Below, in pieces: positions 14,170 to 27,583 of a DNA stretch of 64,000 bases. Below the pieces are notes generated by a model. The model was not told the origin of the DNA and searched no databases. It saw nothing but the letters and a program-made list of their open reading frames with translations. The position numbers and the translations under genes are program-made. Source of the DNA: Octopus sinensis. Taxonomy: Eukaryota. The stretch spans positions 95,604,001 to 95,668,000 of the forward strand of contig NC_042997.1 of the NCBI RefSeq assembly GCF_006345805.1, given 5' to 3'. Each line of letters begins with the position of its first letter. The first letter of the stretch is position 1.

Positions 14170-14580
14170 TATTACAAGAAAATGATTCAATTGTGAACCT
14201 GTTGTATCAGCTTGATAGAAAATGTTAATTTTCTTTGTAGCTCAATACATTTAGATAAGTGGCATACGAGTGGATATATATTTATAAAAGAGAAGTTTAA
14301 AATATAAATTTTAATTTTCATAGAGATTTTATATGTTTCGGTTCTTCTTGAAAAAGCGAACCATATCAAAAAATATTTTAAAAAAGTTAAGTGTAATAAA
14401 AAAAAGTTCATAATTGTTTCTTACTAGTCTCAACGGAGTCCACGTCGTGGTGTTTTGTTTGTGGGGTGCATAATAGCTGTATTGTGCGTTGACTAGCTAG
14501 TCAACGCTCAAGAAGAACCGAAGCATGTAAAATCTCTAAGAAAATTAAAATTTGTCTTATATAGTGGCGTTTTCAAACTT

Positions 14581-14585
<5 letters not shown>
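14170..14585. repeat. Asymmetric fold-back repeat (PLE-terminus-like); related fragment at ~400-490
   Basis: 14291-14351 is inverted at 14508-14582; TACGAGTGG-TATATATTT-TAAAA-AGAAGTTT is shared with 411-480. Confidence 0.65.
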
Positions 14586-14617
<32 letters not shown>

Positions 14618-14640
14618 TGTGTGGTATATATATAAATATA

Positions 14641-14685
<45 letters not shown>

Positions 14686-14764
14686 ATAAAATATTAGGGA
14701 ATATATCCAAATTTACAGGAAAAAAAATCAGATTTAGGATTAAACCAATTTTATAGTAAAATAT

Positions 14765-14918
14765 TATAAAATATTATTTGAGACAAAACCACTATTTTGC
14801 AAAACAAACAAGGAAAGACTTAATCAATACAAAATTTAATAAATAGTCTATTATAAATTTTATGTATTGATTAAGTCTTTCCTGTTTGTTTTGCAAAATA
14901 GTGGTTTTGTCTCAAATA

Positions 14919-14928
<10 letters not shown>
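14765..14928. repeat. Near-perfect ~164 bp palindrome inside (TA)n
   Basis: TATAAAATATTATTTGAGACAAAACCACTATTTTGCAAAACAAAC... mirrored by ...GTTTGTTTTGCAAAATAGTGGTTTTGTCTCAAATAATATTTTATA. Confidence 0.9.
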
Positions 14929-14957
<29 letters not shown>

Positions 14958-14958
<1 letters not shown>

Positions 14959-17020
14959 CTTCACTTACCCACACGTCCCCATCCGGATATTCCAACTCTT
15001 ACACCTCTGCACTCCTCAACCTGAACCCATCCCCCGGATCCCACGACCTTGCTCCAATGCACTGTTGTCACTATACCACCTAATCTTCTCCTGTCCGCTT
15101 CCGAACGCTCACTCGTCAGCAAGAGTCTCCACTTCACACCTCTCACGTCGCACTGCGATAAATTTCGGACCCGATGTCAACCAGTTCTTGTCAAACTATG
15201 CGCGTTTTTCCACACGAATACACAGTGCCATGACAATCGGGATTGCTTCTTGGTGTTGGGGCGCCTCCCATCCATCTGGTCACCACCTCCAAGCCAGTTC
15301 AGAATCCTGGATTTGTTGAAAAAGTACTGCAATGCGCTGGTGGACCGATTCAATTTCAAAAATGATCCCTCCGGACCAACCTCACCTACACTGAATCGAT
15401 CGCCCTTCGCAAATTCCGTCGCCGCAACGACATCGTCATCAAGCCGGCAGATAATGGTAGCCATCAGGCCGGCACTGGTGGTGTGACGCGCGGACCTATA
15501 CAAGTAGGAAGCGCTCAGCCAGCTTGGAAATCCCCTCTTCTAACGCCTCCTCAGTTTTGACCCCACTTCCTCCTACCAACAGCGTGTGTCCTCCACCATT
15601 CATGACTTCGTCTCCTCTTCTGCCCTGCCCTCCCTTCCACCAACCTCATCATCCGAATACCCCATATCTCCACCTTTTTCCTTCCCAAAATAAATAAACC
15701 CGACAACCCTGGCTGCTCCATTGTTCCTGCCTCCAATTACTCCACAGAACTCATTTCAAAATACCTCGACCACATCATGTCCCCTTTAGTTGCTGCCCTC
15801 CCATCCCACATACACGACACCAATCACACTCTTCACCTTTTCAATTCCTTTTCCTTCACCGCCGGTCCCTCACACATCCTTTTCACCTTGATCATCAAAT
15901 TACAATAAAAGGTGATTCCCCACAACGACGGTCTCTTAGTCCTCCAATACCTATCGAGAGTCGCTCTAACCCCACACCCAGCACCTCCACCCTTCTCCGT
16001 CTGGCGAGACCTATCAACATTGTCTGGGGTCGCTATGGGAACGAAAATGGGCCCCAATTTCGCCAACCTATTTTTTGGTCCGATTGAGGCACAAGTATTC
16101 TCTCAGTTCTCCGGACCGGACTATACGGTCGCTACATAGACGACTGTATAGGCGCCACCTCTCTCTCTTTCACCACCTCCGCCTTTTTCAAATCCACAGA
16201 TTGGCACCTCTACCTCAACTTCTACTTCTATCCTCCCACACTAAAAGGTCCATCCCCTACTGCCAGTTCCTACGCCTCCGGTGCCTGTTCAGCCGTAACC
16301 AGGATTTCGAAACCCTGTCCCAGTACGTTGCCCGCCTATACATGCATTGATGATACCCCTCAACCTTCTTCAAAATCACCCTTGCTTGCCCGCGCTCGTC
16401 TAATCGATCGTACTATCATCCTCTCTCCTTCCCCTAACTGCACCCTCATGCCCCTCCTTTGCCACCCCTCCACCCTACCTCTTCTTCGGAGGATCCTACG
16501 GGCCTTACGCTGTCTACAACTAGTTCCCACCACCCAACCAATTTTCCCAGCCCACACTTGTCCTCCTTTAAACGCAACCGTAATCTACGCGATCTACTGG
16601 TCCGTAGCACGTCCTCTGCTTCCCCCAGCCTCTACCGGGTCCCGCTGCGACACCTGCCCTTTCATCACTAACACCACCTCCATCACTGGATCCACACCGC
16701 ACACTGTCCACACTAGAAACTCTTCAAGCCTTATCTGTTGCATTAGGTCTAATAACCTCTACAATAAACTCTATGTTGGATAGACGTGCCACTGGCTACC
16801 CAACCGGATCACCGAACATCTAAGAGCTGTTCAGCTACGCAGGAATACGCCTATCGCCCGTCATTTCCGCTTGGCTAACCACTTCCCCTCTAATGTATCC
16901 GTCTTTGGCCTCGGTCTGCACCACAGATCCACACACTTGCGACTCCGCCTAGAACAGCATTACATTTTCAGTCTATAAACACTAATTCCTTTCGGACTCG
17001 ACACAACCCACTTCTCTTAA
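14958..17020 (+). mobile_element. Decayed Penelope-like retroelement ORF (RT + GIY-YIG endonuclease)
   Basis: Across frameshifts: LPKINKPDNPG..IV, ISKYLD.IMSPLV..LPSHI.DT, IPHNDGL, GVAMGTKMGPNFANLF, YGRYIDDC, KRSIPYCQFLRLR, RCDTCPFI, LICCI...LYVG, RITEHL; C-rich sense strand. Confidence 0.9.
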
Positions 17021-17494
17021 CACCTGTCTCTACAAACTCCTTAAAAAGCGCAAATTTTAATTTTAATTTATTTCATCTTATTTTATCCTCACTTTTACCC
17101 AGTTACCTTTTTACACCGTTACCTTTTTCCCGACTTTTTATCGTTTTATTTCCGTTGCATTTTTTCTTTCATAATTGTATTAATTTTTATTTATCCATTT
17201 AATTTTTATTTTATTCTTTAATCTTGAATCTGTTATTTTTTGTAATTTTTACATCTTGTACCCATACCCCTTTTTCTCCCCCTATATTTATCGATCTTTT
17301 ATTTTATTATATTTCTGTATACACGCACACATGCATACACACACGCAAAAATATAGGAACCCGCGCACACACATGAGCGCAACATATACATCCCACACAC
17401 GTAATACACACACATACATGCACGCACAAACACATACGCACACGCACAGTCACCCACAAATATACCAGGTCGTGCTGAAAATTATTTTATCATA

Positions 17495-17893
17495 TCTTTA
17501 TATATAAAAGTAAGGTTGTGTGTCTGTCTCCTACGATTTAGATTCCTAACTACTCCCATGTTTTGCGGTGCAGTTTAACCAAAACCGGGTATCTTATAGT
17601 CGTGATTCATATCGAGCCCTTCTGAGTATTAGCGTGCGTCTACGATGAGTCTATGATTTAAAAAAAATTTACCATCATTTTTTTCCATTTTAATGCATTT
17701 TTTCCCTTATTATATAAGGGAAGTAACTCTCTAAAAATGTCTACGATGGGTCAAAGATTTTTTAAAAAAATTAACATAATTTTTTTTTACATTTTTAATG
17801 CATTTTTTTGCTATTTTTTGGTTATAACTCTCTAAAAATGCTTATATAGTTATTTCCCTTACAAACCCGAGCAACGCCGGGCGATACTGCTAG
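17495..17893 (+). mobile_element. Non-autonomous Helitron, copy 1
   Basis: A|TC start, subterminal hairpin CCCGAGCAACGCCGGG, CTAG|T end, no TSD; homologous to 28663-29176 and 32785-33178. Confidence 0.88.
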
Positions 17894-17951
17894 TCATTAC
17901 TAAACATGTAATAAGTCAGGGCAAGATTATTTATGGAAGGCTAGCAGTCCC

Positions 17952-18180
17952 CCATGCATGACAGCATCCCCCTCTCCACACCACTGATGTTATCCCAGGG
18001 AAATGCAAAGGCCGATAGAACTTGGCACCAGTGATGTCGCAACTCATTTCTACAGCTGAGTTAACTGGAGCAACGTGAAATAAAGTGTCTTGCTCAGGAA
18101 CACAACACACAGCTCGGTCCGGGAATCGAACTATACCTCACGATCTAAGCTCTACGCTCTAACCACTGAGCCATGCGCCT
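17952..18180 (-). mobile_element. tRNA-derived SINE family B
   Basis: Minus strand AGGCGCATGGCTCAGTGGTTAGAGCG (box A)...GTTCGATTCCCGG (box B), then GTGTTCCTGAGCAAGACACTTTATTTCAC; degenerate relative at ~21005-21110. Confidence 0.85.
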
Positions 18181-18560
18181 TCACATAGGGAGTGTTGAAA
18201 GGTAAAATAGCTAGAGGATCACTTAATTATGATTTTTTTTCAACATATTTCACTTTAGAACTCCAAACGCTTATTGTGAATATGTGCGTGTTTGGGCGTG
18301 TATGTATGCATGTATGTAGATATAAGTGTGCGTGTTTGTATGTGTGTATGTGTGCGTGCGTAGGCGTTTCTATATGTATATGTATGCATAATGGAAACAT
18401 AGGCAAATACAAGCCTTAAATGAAAATGCAACCGTATTCCTAGGCAATCGATTTCGAGAGTTAATCTGAGATGGAAAACAATATTCAGTGAAACCAATTG
18501 CTTTCCTAAGCAATGTTGAAATTATTACGATAACCGAATATACAGATGCATACCTATGTA

Positions 18561-18655
<95 letters not shown>

Positions 18656-18700
18656 ATCTATCTATCTTTCTATCTAGCTATCTAATAACCTCAATTTCTC

Positions 18701-18748
<48 letters not shown>

Positions 18749-19245
18749 TTATACACACACACGCACACACACACACACACATATATATATATACATATAC
18801 ATATATATACATATTGTTATACATATACATATATACATACATATTGTTATACATATACGTATATGTACATATATTTATATACATACATACATACATATAT
18901 ATATATATGTATATATATATATATGTACAGTTATATGTGTATGTCTGTATATATACAGCATATGCGTATGTGCGTCTGTATGTGGGTGTGTATGTATATA
19001 TATATTAATATATATATATATATATATTCCATTATTTATCTGAAATATTTCAATGTTCCAACGCTCATGTTATTGAAGCGATAGCAAACATGTAAGCCAC
19101 TGTGGAATAAAAATATCAGGCTTTTAATATTTACTATAAATATACATCAGCAAGAGACAACATATTGCAGAAAAATCATTTACATGAACATACCTGGAGG
19201 AATAGGAGCGAAAGAGTAAAAGCTATATGCGTGTCTATATATATA

Positions 19246-19294
<49 letters not shown>

Positions 19295-19494
19295 ATATAT
19301 ATTATATATATATGTGTGTGTGTGTGTTCTATATATATATATATATATAATATATTTATACATATATATATATAATTCTGCTACTCCAACCACCACTACG
19401 GTTTCCTGCAATAAAATCTACGAATAATAACAGATAATTGAAACTGTGCCGTTGCCTTGCTCATCATCTGTTAATACGTTTTGTACATTTCTCC

Positions 19495-19539
<45 letters not shown>

Positions 19540-19867
19540 ATATATATAATATATAATAAATATATATATATCTTTGTGTGCATGCGGGTGTTATGTGTGC
19601 GATTAATTATATCTGCCGCATACAGGTATTGTAATGAATATACGTTCACAAGTACATAGACTTGCAAATGCGCATTCAAGAAAATGCCAACATACATAGA
19701 TACATGCAAACTCATTTACGGATGTATGTGTTTTTGTGTCTGTATGTGTGTGTGTGTGGTGGTCTGTGTGTGTTTATCTGTGTAGTCTGTGTTGTGTTAT
19801 GAATGTGTGTAAAGAGAGTAATATAGATATAGAAATAAAAATAGTTACACACACATACACACCACAC

Positions 19868-19909
<42 letters not shown>

Positions 19910-19923
19910 GTATGTATATATAT

Positions 19924-19959
<36 letters not shown>

Positions 19960-20686
19960 TTACTTGTTAATATATACGTGTTTCTATATGACTGCGTATG
20001 TAAAATGTTTACAATATACGAAGGGAAAATCCATAAATAGATTTACCTGAACTCGTGACAGAATTCTCGGTCAGCTGCGTTAGACTTAAATGGAATAGAA
20101 TTTATAGAAAGGGAATTGAATAAACGATAGTAAGGCTTTAAACTGAATCTAACTTATCTGCTTTCTCTCATTGCTTATTAGCTTTATCAACAAAGTGTGC
20201 ATCTTATATTATTGAAGTAAGTGAAATTGCATGCCTATACGCGCACTCGCGCAAACACAAACACATACATATAACAAAATTCATGCATCAGTCCAAAATA
20301 GATGTCATCTCCGCAATTTTTCTATGAATCCACAAGACTCTGTTTTCCCTAGCAATCAGCTGAAGCTCATTTCAAACGAGTTGACTTGAGCTACGTGAAA
20401 TATAATACCTCAGTCATAGATGGTACAATAAGTTTAGCATGCATACTATATTATTCTAGGTCGTTCTATGACGGTCCAAGAGTCTGTTCCACTGCATATC
20501 TAAATGTAATACGACGTAAGTTGTCACTTGAATTTACGAAACATGTGATAAGTATTTTACTCCTATCCTCATTCTTCACGACTATTTCACCGTTCCATTT
20601 ACAAAACATGTAATTTTCGTTCACATGCCACCAACTATTGAAAAGAAGAAACTTGTCACAGCCTATATAAAACCAAAAAGAAATAC

Positions 20687-20779
20687 AGCATAGCAAAATC
20701 GAATGGCAAGCATAGCAAAATCGGATGGCAAGCATAGCAAAATCGGAAGGCAAAACATGGCAAAATCGGATGGCAAGCA
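20687..20779. repeat. Minisatellite, ~22 bp unit x4
   Basis: AGCATAGCAAAATCGGATGGCA repeated with substitutions and no spacers. Confidence 0.9.
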
Positions 20780-21161
20780 ATGATCCGCAAAAAGTACGCT
20801 AAAGTAAGAAATTTCAATGTGAATTAAAGAATCCCAAAAGTTTAAAAGTAAAATGTCCGTTGGCAGTTGATTCAAAAATATATACTGAGAAAAGGAGCTA
20901 ATATTTTCTCATTCGGATAATAATTTCATTCGTTTTGTTGAACGCTATACAAAAAAGATATGCTGGTTCAAAACAAATAAAGTTTCAAGAAACTTTAAGA
21001 ATTGGTGCAAAGTATTTTGCTCAAAAACACAAGGCACCACCCGGTCTTGGAATTGAAATCATATCACACCATCGTGAGTTCCACTCTCTAAGCACGCGGC
21101 CATGCGGTCTCATAAATATATATATATATATATATATATAGATATATATATATATATAATA

Positions 21162-21201
<40 letters not shown>

Positions 21202-21247
21202 ATATATATATATAGATATATATTATATATGTATATATATGTGTGTG

Positions 21248-21291
<44 letters not shown>

Positions 21292-21391
21292 ATACTGTAT
21301 ATGCTATTAATATATAGCTTGAAAATAATTCCTGACCAGTGTATTAACTGACTTCAAAGATTATTTGCCTCTGCAATTGACGGATCCTTTG

Positions 21392-21423
<32 letters not shown>

Positions 21424-21516
21424 TATATATATATATTATATATACATATATATATAGTATACATGGTACGCACATGCATATTCATATAGTATATACATAA
21501 TATATATTATATAATA

Positions 21517-21549
<33 letters not shown>

Positions 21550-21609
21550 CATAATATATATAGAGAGATTTGTGTGTGTGTGTACAATACATACAAACAC
21601 TTGTATATA

Positions 21610-21840
21610 TTGTATAAGCGCATATTATATTGTATTGTATTATATTATATTATATTATATTATATTATATTATATTATATTATATATATTATTTATATTA
21701 TATTATATTATATTAATTATATTATATTATGGATTATATTATATTATATTATATTATATTATGTTATATTATATTATATTATATTATATATGCTAATTAT
21801 GCTATGTTATATTATATTATATTATATCATATTATATATA
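21610..21840. repeat. (TATAT)n pentanucleotide array
   Basis: Long imperfect TATTATATTATAT run. Confidence 0.9.
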
Positions 21841-22065
21841 TACAAGCGCGACCTTTATACATCCACGCTTATGCGCCAAGAAATAGTTGCTTTAGGACTA
21901 TAGTTACATATAGATATGTACGAATAGACGCACAGACAGGCAGTCAGACACACACACGCGCGCGCACACACTCGCAGGCGCGCAGCACACATATACAGAC
22001 ACATGCATCCACTTATAAATACCTATATATACGTATATATATATACATACACACCTATACACATG

Positions 22066-22107
<42 letters not shown>

Positions 22108-22160
22108 TGAGCATGTTATGCCTCTCTCTCCTATATCTTACTCTCTTTCTCTCCTTTCCT

Positions 22161-22200
<40 letters not shown>

Positions 22201-23124
22201 CATTGGTAATCAACAGATAAACGTTTGAAGCAATTAATTTTATTTCATCTGTCGGCATTTCTTTGTCTGTGTATGCGCGTGCGAGTATATCTATATGATA
22301 TATTCACATACAAGTCTATCTATCAGTCGTACACAATAGCACATCACGCATGTGATTATATATAAAGCCACTCAAACACACACATTCATATATACGTACA
22401 TACGAAATAATATACTTCTATATTTACGAGTTTTATTTTTGTTCGTATATCCATATTTAGATTAACAATCATTAGTTTTCGTGTTTCTCCCTCTATGCCA
22501 GCACAACACATCAACTAGTTTTTAGAATATCGTTTTTCCAATAATTCTAAAAGTATTATACTTATAATTAGCATATTTTTTTAAGGTACTAATTTCTTAA
22601 ATTGTTGTTTTCAAAAGTCAGACTCATTTGAATCTTTTTTAAAAAGTCATAATTATAAACGTAAGTTTATCATAATAGGCTTAAATTTATCTTCTAATTT
22701 TCAAAACACCGTGAACAAGTAAATAACATACATGTAAATAGCGTTATATATATACAGAAATATATATAAATGAACAGAATAGGAGAGAAACATCTACAAT
22801 AAATCTAATATAGAAAAATCAGTAGATATAGGGAGTCATATGTAGGTAAATTTTTTATACAGATCATACTAATAGAAAAGAAGATTCGCTGAGATAACGT
22901 TGCATCCATGTCTGCATCTATGTATACATACAGGTAAGTATTAAGTATGTATGTATACATGCATGCATGCATGAGGCTATGTATATATTATGTATGTTAC
23001 GTATATCAATCATTAAGTTGTCAATGTAATCACCTATACATATAGACACACGCGTATATATATGTTTGCTGTTATGCGTAAGGGATACATTGCACATACA
23101 CACATGTACACACATACATACGTT

Positions 23125-24428
23125 CATGATGGCTGCCCCTCGTTATCGAGTATGGCCATTGCACGAAGCTTAACTGTTATTGGTGCTGTGATCGAATGTG
23201 ACTTTTTAGCCCAGCGAAGATCTACAATGCCTTGTACAGAATTGGCAGCTAAAACCTTTACCGGCAATAGCCGGCTGTAGTTGTAACTGGGTTTCATGTA
23301 CCTTTGCATGTCGTTTAAGTCCTCCTGCCGAATTACACGCTCTTCCACATGCCTGACAGATATGATTAGTATGGTGTGTAACACCAACGCCAGCGGCCAG
23401 GTTGTCACTCATCTGTCTCGCTTTATGACTACGAAGATGAGTCTTGAGTCCAGCTTTACTGAGGCAGGGTCTTGCACAGAAACTGCATGTCAGCATCATA
23501 GGAAGACACTTCCTATCTCGAAGTGTAACAGCGATGCCCTTCCTGACATCCCTCCTCAGTTTCTCATGCGCAACTCGAGATTTCTCAAAAGTAGCTGTCC
23601 CTTCGTGCACAATCCTTCTCCACCTGCTACGATCATTAGCTATGCCCTCCCATGTCTCAGAAGAGATTCAAGCATCTCTTAAGGAAGCCTTCAGCAAGTC
23701 CTTATACATCTTTTTTGGTTTATGTGGGGATCGTTTTCCTTTAGCTAACACTCCATAAAAGAGCTGTTTTGGCATCCTTGAATCCTTCATCCTGACCAGA
23801 TGACCACTCCATCTGAGCCTTTGCTTTAACACAAGAGCTTCTATACTTTCGCACCAAGAGCCTTCCAATATTTCAAGATCACTGATGCGGTCCTCCCACT
23901 TAATGCCGTAGATCCGTCTGAGACACATCTGATGGAAACGTTCCAGTTGTTTAAGGTGGTATCGATATATGACCAACGTCTCGCAGGCATAGAGAAGTGA
24001 GGGGAACACACATGCCTTGTACACCTTTATCTTTCTCTTTCTGCACATGTCTCGCCGACTCCAGAGGCGCCTTTCTAGCCTTCCGAAAGCATCACTTGCT
24101 TTGCTAATTCTGTATGGAATTTCATCAACCAAATTATCCATTAACAGTGCCTCCCAGGTAGACAAACTGATCAACTACATCAAGTCGTTTACCATTCACA
24201 TAGATATTCGGTACGCTATACTGCTTATGAGGAGCAGGTTGGTACATGACAACAATTTTCTTGAGACTGACTGTCAATCTTAAGGCAGTGCAAGCATCAG
24301 AGAATGCATTCAAAATGTTTTGCATATCAAACTCTGTGATCGCTACTAGATCACAATCATCTGCATAGAAAAGGTCTCTTATGAAAGAGGTAAAAACCTT
24401 TGTTTTTGCATCAAAGCGCCTCATATTA
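23125..24428 (-). mobile_element. 5'-truncated RTE-clade LINE (end of RT and C-terminal C2H2 fingers)
   Basis: DLFYADDCDL (RT YADD), RISKASDAFGRL..RLW, KVYKACV..SLLYACET, LRWSGHLVRM.D.RMPKQLFYG.L..GKR; C2H2 motifs CSFC..H...H, CQAC..H...H, CQFC; two frameshifts. Confidence 0.93.
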
Positions 24429-24597
24429 AATATCCAATAAATGTGTAATTATATATTTACTGTATATCTGCCTTTTTCTCACTAATTTTTATATATTGTA
24501 TTTTTTATAGCTTGCTCATTATATAGGCTTTTATATACATACGTTCATACATACATATGTACATATATATATATATATAATATATATATATATATAT

Positions 24598-24628
<31 letters not shown>

Positions 24629-24686
24629 CATATATATACATGCATATTACAGACGATATATATATATGTGGTGGTGTGTGTATGTT

Positions 24687-24729
<43 letters not shown>

Positions 24730-24859
24730 GAGAGAGAGGAGAGAGAGAGAGAGATATTGATATAGATATATATGATTGCGAAATGATATCAACTTTTAAC
24801 AGCATGTCTAAAAACAGTTCAAACTTTTATGTTTAATGTTTGATATGTTTATCTTTTCA

Positions 24860-25460
24860 GGTATAGAAATAGCATTCACTGGAAGATAAAAAGCGTTTTG
24901 TGTGTTCGTGTATGCTTGAACACGGTTGAACAAATCTGTGCAGCGTGCATTTCTGTGGGATGTCTCTAAAAAGTTACCAACGGCAATGCAGATTTGGACA
25001 AGGCACAAAACAAAAACGTCTAAGAGGAAAGCTGTGTATGCAGGGGAAAAGGATCTGGACGTCCACTAACATCAGAAGAGAAGGTCGATCGGGTTCGCCA
25101 AAATCTCTTGCGAAACCCCCAAGAAGTCCATTAGAAGAACAAGTCTGAAAACCCAGATGCCTCCAACGCGTCGTTTTGCGTGTCGTGAGGAAACTCTTGC
25201 TAATGAAACCCTACAAGATGCAGCTCGTCCAGACCATAACGGCGGATGACAAACGAAAGCACACCCAATTCTGTGTGGATAAGCGATAGAAACGTGAAGA
25301 AACCGAGTTCAAGGAACGTCTTGTTTTCAGTGATGTGGCAAAGTTTCATACGAATGGCAATGATATCAATAAGCATAATGTTCACATTTGCGACGAAGAA
25401 AATCACCAAGCCACATATGAGCATGCAGGCGGTTCGCATATTGAACAATTGCGAAACCGT
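24860..25460 (+). mobile_element. Decayed Tc1/mariner transposase with DUF4817-like N-terminus
   Basis: SVQRAF, GSGRP.TSEE.VDRVR...RNPKKSIRR, MKPYKMQLVQ, LVFSDVAKFHTNG..NKHNV.I..EN; possible 3' continuation at ~25830-26150. Confidence 0.8.
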
Positions 25461-25547
25461 TCATGGAATACACATATCGACGTTTCTATATACACATATA
25501 TATACATAATATATATGTATATGTAGATATATATGTATATGTATAAT

Positions 25548-25598
<51 letters not shown>

Positions 25599-26350
25599 TA
25601 TATATATATATTATATATATATATATATATAGATATACATACATATATATATATATATATAATATATATATTTTTATTTTATATTAGGGAATAAAAATTC
25701 CGGCATCAGAGGGGTCAAATAAAAGGAATTATTCTCAATAAGGAAATATATTTTATTTAGAGATAGCAGTCCCCATCATCACACCATATAAAAGAATTTT
25801 ATTTTAATACTTACTACTCATTGGACCTAATATTTTAGGTTGTGCAATCGCCGTCGACGCGACTACCCGATGTCCGGTCTTTTTTCAATCGATTCATAGT
25901 GAATCTTCCCCTTTATAGCGACATAAACCCAACACAAACCGAGCAGGATATCCTGTGTAATGATGCATCGTAGTCTCGGGATGCAGAGGCACCGTGATCT
26001 CAAACGCAAGTAAAAGATCCTCAATATGTTTAATTCCATTACCTGGATACCTGGTTTTATACGACTGTGACTTTTCCTAGAGTCATATTCAAAGAAAAGT
26101 TCTTCCAACACTACGAACGCCAACATGAAACTTCCGAGGGCACGTACTATAGCTATATATATCTATACATATGTAAATATAAGTACTTAAATATGTATAT
26201 AATACACAGACACATACACACACAAACACCCCCCATATATATATATATATATATATAATGTTTTAAAATAGGATAAAATCTTTATAAGATCTTATCAAGT
26301 AGTCAGCGTGAAAAAACCTCAAAAAGTGAAATATAATTATTCCCTTTAAA

Positions 26351-26513
26351 TACATTTATTTATATTAAGAGCATTAATACACATAATGCCGCCTGCTATG
26401 GGGGACTCTTAAAGTCAAAACAATATTTATTTATTATGGCAGTTTTGACTATAAGAATCTCTCATAACGTGAGGCATTTACATGTAATAGTGCCCTAAAT
26501 ATAAATATATGTA
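26351..26513. repeat. Diverged inverted repeat (~70 bp arms, 20 nt loop)
   Basis: TACATTTATTTATATTAAGAGCA...GACTCTTAAAGTCAAAAC versus GTTTTGACTATAAGAATC...TGCCCTAAATATAAATATATGTA. Confidence 0.8.
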
Positions 26514-26742
26514 TATATATATAGATATATATATATATATATATATATAAATATATTGTGAAATGATAGGAAATTATTGTCAGAAAACTTCTTCAGAAAG
26601 ATATATACATGTATAGAATAATTATTGTATTAAAAATATAAATATATATATAAATATATGCAAATATGTATAAGTATAAATAAATAATAATAATAAATAT
26701 GACAGTTTAAAATCTAAAAGTTTAAAATGAAGTTTTTAAAGC

Positions 26743-26832
26743 ATCTTACGATCGTTTCGCAAAGGTATTTCCTCTATAATGGAATCCTATATTGCTAAAC
26801 CTTTATAGACAATACTTCTGCTCCTCAGAGAT
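26743..26832 (-). ncRNA. Type I hammerhead ribozyme with long stem II
   Basis: Minus strand ATCT-CTGAGGA-GCAGAAGTATT...TCTATAA...TTATAGA...AATACCTTTGC-GAA-ACGATCGT-A-AGAT; palindromic stem III, GUA site. Confidence 0.8.
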
Positions 26833-27120
26833 ATAAAATGTTTGTATAATTCATCGAACGGTAGTTTCTTTTTTTTTTTTAAATATGAATTAATATGGGA
26901 AAATGGTGTTTGTTTGAAATATATAAAAAGGTTACTGCTTTTGATTTTGGTAAGAACACCTTAGTTTGAGTTTCTTGAAATCCGTTTATGCCTCCTTGGT
27001 AAGTCTTCAGCAGTAATCTTTCTCTCTTCTCTCTCTCTCTCTCTCTCTCACTCTCTCCATTTATATATATATATATATATATATCTATATATATATATAT
27101 ATATATACATACATATATAT

Positions 27121-27151
<31 letters not shown>

Positions 27152-27279
27152 CATACATATATATATATACACACACACACACACAGATATATATATATAT
27201 ATATATATACACGCATACATACGTTCAATAAACTTTCATGCATTCTATTTACGGACTGGTAAAATAGTTGGCATTTCGA

Positions 27280-27405
27280 GCCAAATGTTTGGCGGTATTT
27301 TATCAGTTTTAAGTCGAAGTTGTTCAAATGGTGGTAAAGTCGACTTTGATCATTCGAGGGTAAAATAAGTACTAGTCGAGTACTGGAGTCAAAGTAATCG
27401 ACTTG
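27280..27405 (+). mobile_element. Degenerate SINE family C
   Basis: GGCGGTATTT...GTTCAAAT...GTCGACTTTG...TAAAATAAGTACTAGTCGAGTACTGG. Confidence 0.55.
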
Positions 27406-27492
27406 TAAAAATATTTGACATCATTATACATATATACATGTATCTGTCTGTCTATTTGCCTGTCTGTCTGGCTATGTATGTATGTATGCATG

Positions 27493-27583
<91 letters not shown>

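Noticed and set aside
18110-18180. tRNA genes here and at 32110-32181
   Set aside because: Box A/B are present but run on into SINE bodies with no proper acceptor stem or terminator.
20687-20779. Short repeats as a CRISPR array
   Set aside because: No unique spacers, no cas genes, eukaryotic context; the same applies to the 107-bp array.
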